Origin: Macrostomum lignano
Taxonomy: Eukaryota
Direction: 5' to 3'
Assembly (NCBI GenBank): GCA_002269645.1
Contig: NIVC01003016.1
Span: forward strand, 1-64,000
DNA: 64,000 bases
Shown: positions 28,901 to 40,494 of the stretch, piece after piece
Layout: the number at the start of each line of letters is the position of its first letter
How positions within the stretch are numbered: the first letter of the stretch is position 1
The notes under the pieces: generated by a model
What the model saw: the letters and a program-made list of their open reading frames with translations, nothing else
Told to the model about the DNA's origin: nothing
The model's database searches: none
Made by a program: the position numbers and the translations under genes

Positions 28901-30261
28901 CTCAAGCACTGATGGAGGAGCGGAGAGGCAGATTCTCAAGCACTGATGGAGGAGCGGAGAGGCAGATTCCCAAGCACTGATGGAGGAGTGGAGAGGCAGA
29001 TTCCCAAGCACTGATGGAGGAGTGGAGAGGCAGATTCCCAAGCACTGATGGGGGGGGGGGCGGAGAGGCAGATTCTCAGGGACTGAGGGAGGGGCGGAGA
29101 GGCAGATTCTCAAGCACTGAGGGGGGGCGGAGAGGCAGATTCTCAAGCACTGAGGGGGGGCGGAGAGGCAGATTCTCAAGCACTGAGGGGGGGCGGAGAG
29201 GCAGATTCTCAAGCACTGAGGGGGGGGGCGGAGAGGCAGATTCAGTACCCAACAAAATTTCCCAAACCCGCGCAGATCCTGCTGGACGAGCTGTCCCGCC
29301 ATGCGGAGGCGTCCAGAAAAAGTCGAGTCAAACAGCCAGCCGCCGAGCTGCTGCCGGTGGGCCTGGACTCCGACAACTCCGCAGAAGACGATGACGACGA
29401 TGATGACGAAATGGTCGGTCAGTATCGCGACATCTTGAAGCGAGCCCGGCTGCAAAAATTTCGCAAAGAGGTCGCCGAAGATTTGGTGGACGACGACGAA
29501 GCAGACAAAGAAGAAGACAGCGAGGAGCAGCTGGCCAACCGGCAGTGGTCGACATCGCGACGGTATCGCTACGCGGCAGGCGACTCCGACGGCGAAGAGG
29601 AAGACGATGATATTGAAGGTGGCGAAGACGCCAGCACGGCCAGGCTGATGCGCGAGGAACGAGAGAGGCTGCGGCGTCGCTTACTAGGCGTCGGTTTGCC
29701 GTCGGATTTGCCTTCGTCGGTGTCGTCGACATCCGCGACTGCTGCCGCATCGACAGCGTTGTCGTCGAAAGAGTCGTTGAAAAAGCGACCGCAGCAGCAG
29801 CAGCTGGTCCGTCTGGCAACCGAGCTGCCTGCCTACGAGAGGCCGCCGCCGGGCGTGTCTCTTGAGCAGCACCTGTTGCTAAGCGACTCAAACCGTTGGC
29901 CCGACATGCGATGCGCCTACGAGCAGAAGACTCGACTAGAGAACCGACTCAAACCGTTAGTTGGCCTAGCGGAATCCGAGCTCACAGATGAGCAGGCTGT
30001 GCTCAAATGGCACTATATATTGTTGTGCGCCTATCTGAGAATGCGAGCAGATCCGACTGTGTCGGCTGGCTTGCATCGGCATCCGATTCGTCGACTGCTT
30101 CGCCAAGCTGAAGATGCAACACGCAATTTAGTCGATATCAGCTCCAACCCCAGTAGTACTACTAGCAGTAGTGTTAATAAGAAATCGTCATCGAAAAAAT
30201 CTGGCAAAATTGAATTGGAGGCGGCTGTTGAAGAAGAAGAAGAAGCCTTCGACGACAAGAG

Positions 30262-30307
<46 letters not shown>

Positions 30308-30550
30308 CGCCCGATCTACTGGGAGATGCAGAAGAACCTGCCGGTGCGTCTGCACAAGCGCCGGCCTCGCGGCGGCAAGAAAGCCAAGCCGGGTGACAGC
30401 AATCCTCGCGTGAAACTGCGCGACAAATTCCGTAAAGCTATGATTAAACGTCGATCTCAGGTGCCGGAAGTTCGACCGGAAGTGAATCGCTACTCGGGTG
30501 AAAAGTCCGGCATCCGGGCTGGCCTTGTGAAGTCGCGAAAGTTTAAATAG
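22968..30550 (+). CDS. UTP3: UTP3/SAS10 small-subunit processome protein, 2 exons
   Basis: Exon 22968 (ATG; or acceptor at 22986)-23033 joins 29276-30550 in phase 0 (DFEADQDK|ILLDE). Acidic N-terminus, C1D-like YL..R....HPI.RL, and the Sas10 C-terminal motif NPRVKLRDKFRKA..KRRSQV.EVR.E..RYSGEKSGIRAG..KS.K.K. Confidence 0.9.
23082..29240. repeat. 6.2-kb satellite of 31/34-bp units in the UTP3 intron
   Basis: GATTCTCAAGCACTGATTGAGTGGAGAGGCA (31 bp) and ...CTGATGGAGGAGTGGAGAGGCA (34 bp). Confidence 0.98.
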
Positions 30551-30737
30551 CATTTTAAAGCATTACATTATTCATGTGGTGGCAAAAGTTCGTAAAAAAA
30601 TACAGCAAGTTCAGCGCAAAATGTACTTTGCGGTTATGCACTTTATGAGTGAAAAATATCGTTTCAATGAGCGAAGCTATTCTCTTTTTTATTTCAAATG
30701 CCTTGAGACTTAAGAAATGGATGTTACTTCGGTAATC

Positions 30738-32055
30738 ACCCTGAGATACCCTCCTCATCATGAGATTCCCTCCTCACCCTGAGATTCCATTCTCATCCTG
30801 AGATTCTCTCCTCACCCTGAGATTCCTTCCACACCCTGAGATTCCCTCCTCACCCTGAGATTCCATCCACACCTTGAGATTCCCTTCTCATCTTGAGATT
30901 CCCTCCACACCCGGAGATACCCTCCTCATCATGATATTCCCTCCTCACCCCGAGATTCCCTCACCCTGAGATTCCCTCACCCTGAGATTCCCTCCTCACC
31001 CCGAGATTCTCTCCTCACCCTGAGATTCCCTCCACACCTTGAGATTCCCTTCTCATCCTGAGATTCCCTCCGCGCCCCGAGATTCCCTCACCCTGAGATT
31101 CCCTCACCCTGAGATTCCCTCCTCACTCCGAGATTCCCTCCTCACCTCGAGATTCCCTCACCCTGAGATTCCCTTCTCATCCTGAGATTCTCTCCTCACC
31201 CTGAGATTCCCTCCTCATCCTGAGATTTCTCCTCAACTTGAGATTCCCTCCTCACCCTGAGATTCCCTCCTCACCTTGAGATTCCTTCCTCACTCTGAGA
31301 TTCCCTCCTCATCCTGAGATTCCCTCCTCTCGCTGAGATTCCCTTATCACCATGAGATTCCCTTCTCATCTTGGGATTCCCTCCTGACCCTGAGATTCCC
31401 TCACCCTGAGATTCCCCCCTCACCCTGAGATTCCCTCCACACCTTGAGATTCCCTTCTCATCCTGAGATTCCCTCCGCACCCCGAGATTCCCTCACCCTG
31501 AGATTCCCTCACCCTGAGATTCCCTCCTCACCCCGAGATTCCCTCCTCACCTCGAGATTCCCTCACCCTGAGATTCCCTTCTCATCCTGAGATTCCCTCC
31601 TCACCCTGAGATTCCCTCCTCATCCTGAGATTTCTCCTCAACTTGAGATTCCCTCCTCACCCTGAGATTCCCTCCTCACTCTGAGATTCCCTCCTCATCC
31701 TGAGATTCCCTCCTCTCGCTGAGATTCCCTTATCACCATGAGATTCCCTTCTCATCTTGGGATTCCCTCCTGACCCTGAGATTCCCTCACCCTGAGATTC
31801 CCCCCTCACCCTGAGATTCCCTCCTCATCCTGAGATTCCCCCCTCACCCTGAGATTCCCTCACCCTGAGATTCCCCCTCACCCTAAGATTCCCTCACCCG
31901 GAGATTCCCCCCTCACCCTAAGATTCCCTCCTCATCCTGAGATTCCCTAGTCATCCTGAGATTCCCTCCTCATCTTGAGATTCCCTCCTCACCCTGAGAT
32001 TCCCTCCTCATCCTGAGATTCCCTCATCCTGAGATTCCCTCCTCACCCTGAGATT
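30738..32055. repeat. 16-19-bp minisatellite
   Basis: CCCTGAGATTCCCTC(CTC)A units. Confidence 0.95.
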
Positions 32056-32399
32056 TCTTCACATTCAATGCACACGTCTAAAAACAACGCGAAAAAACTT
32101 CAAAACCAATCCAAAATTTCAATACGTACTTATCGATAGTCAGTTTATTTATTTTCAATAAATCTGCATTATTATTAAATATTATTTTTTTGAGTTGTTC
32201 AAGTGAGAAAAACTAATATTTAAATAATTTTTGTTAAAAAAGAAGCCGATTCTTAGAAAATATTCAAGTTGTTGCGAAATTTTTCCACTTCATCTAAAAG
32301 GCAACAAAGAAATTTTAACCTTAAAATAAGACCATTCATAGAAATGCTTTCAGTAGTTTTCGCTAATAGTTTGTTTTTTATTGTGCTCGCTTCCTCTAG

Positions 32400-32700
32400 G
32401 CGCTGTTTATTTCGAAAAACTCCGCCTCGCTGCTGCTGCTGCTGAGCGCACCGATGAAGCTGCTACGGATGCTGGAAACTTACAATAGCCAGCATTCTTT
32501 GATTGAGTAATTAAACAGAAAGTAAGCGCACTTGAGCACTTTTGAGCACTCTATGCTGCAATAGATTTCCGAAAGCTTTAAAGGAGCAGCGATTAGACGG
32601 CTGGTTGTAGCTGTCGACGAGAAGATGGGCTGCGTCTCCATGGCAACGAATGAGCCTTTCAGTTCATCTGAAAATCGAAGGGTTACAGAATTGTGGTGCG
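32400..32700 (+). pseudogene. Decayed paralog of the orphan exon at 38203-38490 / 43136-43423
   Basis: Translates ..SASLL..MKLLRMLE..FEHSMLQ*ISESFKGAAIRRL..VDEKMGCVSMAT with stops and a frameshift; upstream acceptor CTTCCTCTAG. Confidence 0.55.
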
Positions 32701-32852
32701 ATTTACAGCCATGAGGGCCAATCCCATTAGTCATTTCGCATAGCAGCGTAGCATGATAGCCTGCAAGTCTAGTTTAGAGCACCAAGCAGACAGCTAACTT
32801 TTCTGCGTTATCTGAATCTTTTCTTGCTTCAAATTCAATCGAGTTATACAAG

Positions 32853-32970
32853 ATGCCGACGAAGTATTGCATTGCAGGCTGCACCAGCAACTACAAAAGC
32901 GGTGTATACTTTTCCGAAAGAAGGTGAGGCTGACTCCTGGATGAGGCTTTGCCCATCGGAGCATATTTTC
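32853..32970 (+). pseudogene. Possible THAP-domain N-terminal remnant
   Basis: MPTKYCIAGCTSNYK, then with a 1-nt shift AVYTFPKE...SW; resembles the start of a THAP domain (CxxxC, FP, W). The remainder is not found. Confidence 0.3.
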
Positions 32971-32984
32971 CCATGTTGTCTATT

Positions 32985-33700
32985 AATGAGCGCTTGTGTG
33001 GCACATCTGTTGTCTATTAGTGAGCGCTTGTGCCACATCTGTTGTCTATTAGTGAGCGCTTGTGCCACATCTGTTGTCTATTAGTGAGCGCTTGTGCCAC
33101 ATCTGTTGTCTATTAGTGAGCCCTTGTGCAACATCTGTTGTCTATTAGTGAGCGCTTGTGTCACATCTGTTGTCTATTAGTGAGGGCTTGTGCCACATCT
33201 GTTGTCTATTAGTGAGCGCTTGTGCAACATCTGTTGTCTATTAGTGAGCGCTTGTGTCACATCTGTTGTCTATTAGTGAGGGCTTGTGTGTCACATCTGT
33301 TGTCTATTAGTGAGGGCTTGTGCCACATCTGTTCTCTATTAGTGAGCGCTTGTGCCACATCTGTTGTCTATTAGTGAGGGCTTGTGCCACATGTGTTGTC
33401 TATTAGTGAGCGCTTGTGCCTCATCTGTTGTCTATTAGTGAGCGCTTGTGCCACATGTGTTGTCTATTAGTGAGCGCTTGTGCCTCATCTGTTGTCTATT
33501 AGTGAGCGCTTGTGCCACATGTGTTGTCTATTAGTGAGCGCTTGTGCCTCATCTGTTGTCTATTAGTGAGGGCTTGTGCCACATGTGTTGTCGTCTATTA
33601 GTGAGCGCTTGTGCCTCATCTGTTGTCTATTAGTGAGGGCTTGCGCCTCATCTGTTGTCTATTAGTGAGCCCTTGTGCCTCATCTGTTTTCTATTAGTCT
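32985..33700. repeat. 32-bp minisatellite
   Basis: CACATCTGTTGTCTATTAGTGAGCGCTTGTGC units. Confidence 0.95.
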
Positions 33701-34175
33701 ATCTGTTGAATTGTGAAATTTCTCAATTTAGTAATTTTTTTACTGCAACTTATTTCGATTGGCTTCTACAAGTACAGAATAAAAGCAGGTGCTTGCCCTG
33801 CCTGCCTTCAAGATTTCAGTTCAAGCTCTGAAGATTGACTGCGGTGGAGTGCCCGGAGTGAGAAGCGTAGAAACTCCAGATGAATTATTTATGGTGCTGC
33901 TTCAACAAAATGCCACACGTCACGCGTCACTCGTCACGGGTGAGCAAATAATTTTTGGAAACAAAAGGCCAGGCTCTGCACGCGAAACTTAAGCAACCTC
34001 AAGACTACGTTTTTAAAGCAGGGCCTCTGCAAGATGAAAACTATTGTATCTCTAAGACTGCAGCCCGCCGATACTCCGCATCAGTTGAAGTGAATGCCTC
34101 CCTCAGAGAGAGTGAGAGAGAGAGAGAGAGAGAAGAGAGGTCACGGCGTGTTAAAAAGATAGTATGAGCGATATG

Positions 34176-34213
34176 GGCTACCGGTTTCAAGCCTCTGGGC
34201 TCTTCGTCAGGCC
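34176..34213 (-). ncRNA. Minimal type I hammerhead ribozyme motif (3' terminal repeat of the PLE)
   Basis: - strand GGC-CUGACGA-AGAGCC-CAGA-GGCUU-GAA-ACCGGU-A-GCC: intact core, palindromic stem III, GUA cleavage triplet. Confidence 0.75.
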
Positions 34214-36472
34214 AAAAATCAATGTGCAATGCAATGCAAGTTGGCCTTTAAAGTATCATTTTTCTCAGTCTGATAAAATTGATGAGCAGCTGTACATATG
34301 AAGGATGTACATTTAAAACCCTGTTCAGTTTTGCTCTACCTTGTCCCAGAGGCTTTTCAACCAGTAAGTTACTATACGATTAAATAAAATGCAGGTATTG
34401 AAGAAGTTTTGAAGTCTTGAATTCAAGAAATTTGAATTAAATAAACGACAATGTGAATAAATATTGTAGTTCCATAGGTAAAATGATTCATTGGTTTCCT
34501 GGCTGAGACTTAAACTTATTGGGAGCCAGGAGGCTCTGTAAATTTCGTTGCCGTGTAAATGCGGGCAGTATGCGGGGGCCTGGTTTGTGTTGCAGTTTAT
34601 CAAAGTTCTTAGCAATCTCGTTGGCGAGCCAGACCGTAGATGGGTGAAAAGGAAGGACCATTGGGATGGGTCGGAGAAGATGATTGTCAACCATGATGTT
34701 CGTACCTGGCGGTTTGTTAGTCCCCAGTTTTTTAATCCAGATTTCTTCCCTTAGTTCGATTTTGTTGTTATTAAGAACTTGTTCTATGGCAATAGTGACA
34801 AAGTTTGAAATCGAGTGATTGGGGGTGAGAAAGTGCTCAGACCCCGAAGTAACGACTCTCCTGTTAATATTTGACCTGTGCTGGTTCATTCTATCTCTCA
34901 TTGTTCTTCTAGTCATACCTACATAGAGGATTTTCCCAGGGTGGCACTGGTTGCAGGAGATGCCATAGATGATGCTCTTGGAGCCACAGGACAGGCTCTG
35001 GGAGATTAAAAAACCGGAAGCCGGTCCCAGTCCCTGGGCGGCGAGAGCAGGCGGTGAGTGGGTGCAGCATTTGCAGCGGGATGACCCACAGGGATGGAAT
35101 TCCCTTTGGGAAGCAGACCCAGATTGGTCGTTGGTCCCGCAGTCCAGTTCATGAGTTTGAGGACCTCCTTTTTGCAGTTTCTAAGAAAAATCTTCGAGTA
35201 GCCTAATTGCTTGAATTCCGATTTTAAAGAATTGAAAGCATCGTTGAAAGACTTGTAGTCATCACAGATACGGGCGTACCGAAGGATTTGGGATTTTACT
35301 ACCCCCTTGAAGGTGTGTGACGGATGGAAGGGCTGTCGGTGCAACAATCTGTGAGTGTCTGTTTCTTTCGAAAACAGTTGTGTTGTGAAGCGGTTTTCAG
35401 CTTTCTTGATGGTCATGTCAAGGAAACTGGCCTCAGTCGATGAGGAGCTGACTGTGAGTTTAATGTTGGGGTTGATGGGATTCAGGTGTCGAACAAATTC
35501 TGTCAGAGCTTCAGTCAGGTGGTCCCAGTGAATAAAGATATCATCTATGTACCTAGAATAGATGCTCGGCTTATAAAGAGCAGTTCTCAGGGCAGTTTCC
35601 TCCCAGAGGCTCATGAAGAGACATGCATAGCTGGGCGCAATTATGCGCCCCGAGACTGTGCCTCTAAGTTGTAAAAAATCATTTTGTCAAATTCAAAGTC
35701 ATTCCTGTATAAATACAGTTCCAGTAGCTTTATTATCTCAGCATCCGGTCCAATGGGATCTGGGAGTCGATTAAAGAATTCCTGGATCGCTGCAATGACG
35801 TGGTCTGTGGGGATCATGAAGTACAGACTCTGGACATCAAAAGTTGCCAGAGCAAGGACCTTCCGTGCAGTTTTTATCCATAAGGTGTGCTTTGAAGTCA
35901 TAGGAGTCCTTAACGAAAGTGGGTTGCGCTTGGGCTAACAATAGGTCTGCCTGCTGGGACCCGGAAGTGGATCAGCGAGGTGGCCGGGTCCTTGTGATTT
36001 TTTGGGAGCAGGTAGAAATGCCGGGGACGGAAGTTCTCTCCGGGGCAAAGAAAAGAAAACTGTTTCTTAGTTATGAACTTTCTGTTACATAAATCGAGGA
36101 AGATCCCCCTAATCATTTCCGCAGTCTCGGGTTGCAGTGGCTAGTCCAGCTGTTGATAGGCATTAGTGTCAAGCAATTGGTTGTAGGCTGCAAATTCGTA
36201 ATCCCTAGGGTGCATGATGACCACTGCGTTACCTTTGTCCGCCTTTTTTATCACGACGGAGCTGTTCGCTTGAGCCCCTGAATCGCTCTGGTCTCTGGTA
36301 CCTCTAGGTTGCCTTTGACCTGTACCGTTGTCAAATCCTCCACCAGTTTTTGGTTCTCAAGCACAAACAAGTTGCACTCATCACTTCTAAGTCTGGGGGG
36401 AACCTCCTTCACTGATTTCCCGGTAAAGGGGGGAGAGAGGAGAGAGAGAGAGAGGTCACGACGTATTGACTT

Positions 36473-36510
36473 GGCAACCGGTTTCAAGCCTCTGGGTTAT
36501 TCGTCAGGCC
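36473..36510 (-). ncRNA. Minimal type I hammerhead ribozyme motif (5' terminal repeat of the PLE)
   Basis: - strand GGC-CUGACGA-AUAACC-CAGA-GGCUU-GAA-ACCGGU-U-GCC: core intact, weakened stem II, GUU triplet, stem I extendable to UUGGC/GCCAA. Confidence 0.65.
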
Positions 36511-36747
36511 AAACAGAGAGACAGAAAAAGAAAGGCAGAGTGGTTGAGCAAACGCAGGTATTGTTTAGCCTAGCTAGTGAAGAAGAGAAGGTGCTGTTGA
36601 ACAAAGGAATAAGAAGTTTTTGCTGGGTGTTTGGGACGCTTTTAAATTCCCATTCGAATCATCTTTTCGCCTGAGCAGCCCAGCGGCTCTCTACACAACT
36701 TACAGTTCCTCTAACCATCAGTCTCAGATTGATCAACATTCTAAGAA

Positions 36748-38169
36748 ATGGAGAAGCTACAACTGCTTTTCACTATTTTCCTGAGTTTTTTATCGCTGCC
36801 TTGAAGGTGAGTTCAGTGCATCTTTTATAGTAGTTTAATTATATATTTTTCTCATGGCGTCCTTTAACCGCATTTATTGCCGTACTTACACAAAGAGTTT
36901 ATACAATGTAAGACTTCATCTTGCTATCCTAGTGGTTAGAGCTTCGGACTCACGGCTGAAAGATCATCGGGGATTCGATTCTTGACTTATTAAGCCAGCC
37001 ACTTGACTCTGCATTGCTTCAGTTCACCCAGCAGTTGAATGAGTGCCCGCATTAGCTGGGGTAACTGAGGGTGTGTGTGGCGACCCCCCAGTCCTTGGAC
37101 TGAACAGCCGTACGCAGCCTTCAGATGCGCCGCGCAATAGCTGCGGCTGAGCTGTCGGTTGCACATCCTGGCCCGTTAGGGGCGTCAGTGCACCCCGCAC
37201 AACGGGAAGGCAAATGGCTCTTTGACTTTCTGGTTGTCAGACAGGTGCACACGATCTGAGCCTTTGGCATTTCTGCCCCTGAATCAAGCCTGCAATAAAA
37301 AATTATATATATTGAAAACACGGTTTAAAACATCTCTGATAACACTGGGGTCCGTTAAGGCTAAATGCTTAATGCTAAATGCGGTAAACACGTCTGACTC
37401 TCGCTCCAGGAAACTTGGCTTCGATTCCATGCTGTTTTGGGCTTTTGGGATAAATTGTGTATCCTGTGTGAGCCTGTGCCAGCGTGTGTAACCACTCAGA
37501 AGTCAGCGGAATGGGCCTGATTGTCGCCCAATTCCCTTTACAAACTAAACCACTTTGTGGTAGTTATCATTGTTAAAGCTAGCTATCCCTACATTCTAGG
37601 AAAAACCTATAGCCTTCAAAAAGGTATGCCAGCAAAGATGTCAACAAAGTGGATTTCATCCGGACCAGCTGCTCTGGCTTACGATGGCAACACCCACGGT
37701 AACTACATCAGTGGCGTGCAGTGCATCTGCACTAATGCGGCCGATCCGCTGCCCTGGTGGATGCTGGACCTGCTGCAGAACTATCGGATTGATGGAGTGC
37801 GAGTCTGGAACAGGCTGGACGGAATTTCTGAGACGCGATTCACGCAGATCAGCATAAGTAAATAAAGACATTATTATCTGAAAATCTAATTGATTTATTA
37901 AAATACCCTTGACAATAAAACTGATCGCACCTGCAGGCGTTTCATCGGTTGAGTCAGTGTGGACTGACTTCAAATTGAGCAACTTCAGTCTGTGTGCGTA
38001 CAAGACCGGCGCTATCACAGATGCTGACAACCCGATTAACTTCACCTGCCCAACACCGCTGACGGGTCGATACGTGGCGGTTTCCAGGAATATCACTGGG
38101 ATCTCCACTAATAATTATTATCTCAATTTCTGCGAGATTGACATATTTGCAGGTTTGAGCAATTTATGA
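36748..38169 (+). CDS. F-type lectin (fucolectin/FTP domain) gene, copy A
   Basis: Exons 37600-37857 and 37937-38169 (79-nt intron, phase 1): ALAYDGN, CICTN..PWWMLDL, V.NRLD..TRF, GRYVAV, LNFCEIDIF. Signal-peptide-like exon 36748-36806 is 1 nt out of phase as written. Confidence 0.8.
36918..37085 (+). mobile_element. tRNA-derived SINE, degenerate
   Basis: A-box-like TAGTGGTTAGAGC, B-box-like GATTCGATTC, core CACTTGACTCTGCATTGCTTCAGTTCAC shared with 44090-44411. Confidence 0.7.
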
Positions 38170-38202
38170 AAAACGAAAGTTAGGTGTAGTTAAATTGTAA
38201 AG

Positions 38203-38490
38203 TTACTGAGCTGTCCACAACGTTCCAGAAGACCCGGATTCCACCGCTGTCGTAGCTACGGAGATCCAACCCAGCTTCTCCTCGACATCAAACAGCCTTC
38301 TGACTACTGCTCCATTGAAGATGCGTTCGGAAACTGAGTGCATCATTGAGTGCTCAAAATTCCTCATACAGCCGAGCTGTTCGCACATTCTCTTCAAAGC
38401 CTCTACGAACGACTGCTGGTTCTTCAATTCTTCCAGCATCCCGAGCAGCTTCAGTGCCCTGATCGACAGCAATGATGCGTTTCGACGCCT
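38203..38490 (-). CDS. Orphan terminal exon of an unknown gene (RRRNASLLSIRALKLLGMLEEL...)
   Basis: Acceptor CCAATAG then an open frame to TAA; mirror copy at 43136-43423; the diverged paralog at 32400 differs mainly at third codon positions. Confidence 0.45.
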   Translation of the reverse strand, partial: RRRNASLLSIRALKLLGMLEELKNQQSFVEALKRMCEQLGCMRNFEHSMMHSVSERIFNGAVVRRLFDVEEKLGWISVATTAVESGSSGTLWTAQ

Positions 38491-38771
38491 CTATTGGAAT
38501 GGGTGATTGATTAATGCAGGAACTAATTATTAACACGTGATTAACTCAGTTGGAAGTTCATTCTAAACTAATTTTATCGAGTCAGTTAAAATTTTTAGAC
38601 AAGCCGGTAAAATTTTTGTTGCTTATTATAAAAAGGTACACTACTGTTTAAATTACCTTGTTTATCTATACCAATTTTCACCTGTTTTTAAAAGCCGTCC
38701 TTTTACTCAATAATTTTCTGTCTTTCTCTTTATGTATGAGCCTCTGCGCATTGATAACTAAATAGAATTGT

Positions 38772-39352
38772 TTTATTCACAGACATGCATTCACAGGCAT
38801 ACATTCACAGACATGCATTCACAGACATGCATTCACAGACATGCATTCACAGACATGCATTCACAGACATGCATTCACAGACATGCATTCACAGACATAC
38901 ACTCACAGACATGCATTCACAGACATACACTCACAGACATGCATTCACAGACATGCATTCATAGACATGCATTCACAGACATGCATTCATAGACATGCAT
39001 TCACAGACATGCATTCACAGACATACACTCACAGACATGCATTCACAGACATGCATTAACAGACATGCATTCACAGACATGCATTCACAGACATGCATTC
39101 ACAGACATGCATTCACAGACATGCATTCACAGACATGCATTCACAGACATGCATTCACAGACATGCATTCACAGACATACACTCACGGACATGCATTTAC
39201 AGACATGAATTAACAGACATGCATTCACAGACATGCATTCACAGACATGCATTCACAGACATGCATTCACAGACATGCATTCACAGACATGAATTTACAG
39301 ACATACATTCAAAGACATGCATTCACAGACATGCATTCACAGACATTCACAG
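38772..39352. repeat. 14-bp minisatellite
   Basis: ACAGACATGCATTC units; the first units are mirrored at ~42808-42845. Confidence 0.95.
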
Positions 39353-40494
39353 ATACAGTTATATTAATGTAAGTTTATGAATGCATGTCTGTTAATTCAG
39401 AAGTCCAGGTAAGATAGCGGTGTCCTTTCTAGGTCAGTTATCACTATAAGAGCAGACTCTTCAGTTAATTTTGTGAAATCGTCTGTCTTTATTTATATTT
39501 CTTTTATTTATTAAAATGTCTGAGAATTTTTTATAAAAGAGTTCAGTTGGAAGACTCGCATACAAAAAGATATTTTTTGTTCAAAACCCCCTCTTTTCTG
39601 AACTGAGCGGCTGTGTAAACCTTTCTCGCTTCTTTTTAATAGGAAAATATATTAATTAAAATGAACTTCTTCTAGATCGCCTGATCGATCTTGACTGTAA
39701 AACAATTGCAGCCTGTGGGCCAACGGGAGTCTCGAATATGGCTGTGGGAAAATGTCAAAAACCATCAGCAAGGAACAATGAGTATGGCAGCTCAGCTCAA
39801 GCCCTCGGCAGCGCATGAGCTCAAGCAGCCACGTCGTAAAGCAGAAGATCGAAACGACAGATTAAGATCTTCGAGACTGCACTCCGCTTCAGTCAAAGAA
39901 AGTACTCCTCAAACCCCAGTGAGACAGAGTTAGCAGCTCTCTCAGTTTTGTAACATCTGCATGTCGACGTAGTAAACAGGTAGAAGTTAAACAAAAGCAG
40001 AATGTGGAAGGGTATCTCATTATGAAAATTGAAAAGAACTAATGGCGTCAAAAAGATGAAATCACAGCACTGATTAACGATGAAAAACACAGAACCTAAT
40101 ATGCCTTCTTAGCCCGATGGCCAAAAGAAAATAAAAGCAAAACAGGCTCGGTATGCAAAAGGTTAAAAAAATCTGATATTAAAAATTTTATTTAGCAAGT
40201 TCATTGTTTCTCATTATTACATCGTGGCTTTCTAGGAGGCAGTTGACGCGAGCCTTGCACCAGGTCACCGCACCAGCCGGTCCGCCACAATAGATCGAAG
40301 CGTCTTTTTACGGAAGATTTTCCGGAGCTGCACCTTAATGTCACGTCGCGCAATCTCGTGCGACATGTCAATTTGAAAATCAAAACGGGAGATAGCGCCA
40401 TCTCCTAGTAGAACTGTTGCAACAATAAGTGGCCATTAGCTGAAATGAATTAGAATTGGAATCAACCGGCTGATCTCGGCCACCAAAGACTAAC

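Larger units (their letters stand above)
34100..36540 (-). mobile_element. Penelope-like retroelement (RT + GIY-YIG), frameshifted, with terminal direct repeats
   Basis: In order on the - strand: VIKKADKGNAVVIM, FYLLPKNHK..GRPIVS, TFDVQSLY, RYIDDIF, SFLDMTI, HP.HTFKGVVKSQILRYARIC, IYGISCNQC...LYVGMT..TMRDRMNQHR. Direct repeats at ~34115-34215 and ~36430-36512. Confidence 0.9.

Noticed and set aside
23082-29240. CRISPR-like array of ~31-bp repeats
   Set aside because: Units are contiguous with no unique spacers, lie in a spliceosomal intron, and have no cas genes nearby; it is a satellite.
36930-36985. tRNA gene
   Set aside because: A/B-box-like head continues into a SINE core and lacks a cloverleaf 3' half; the same applies to 44340-44411.
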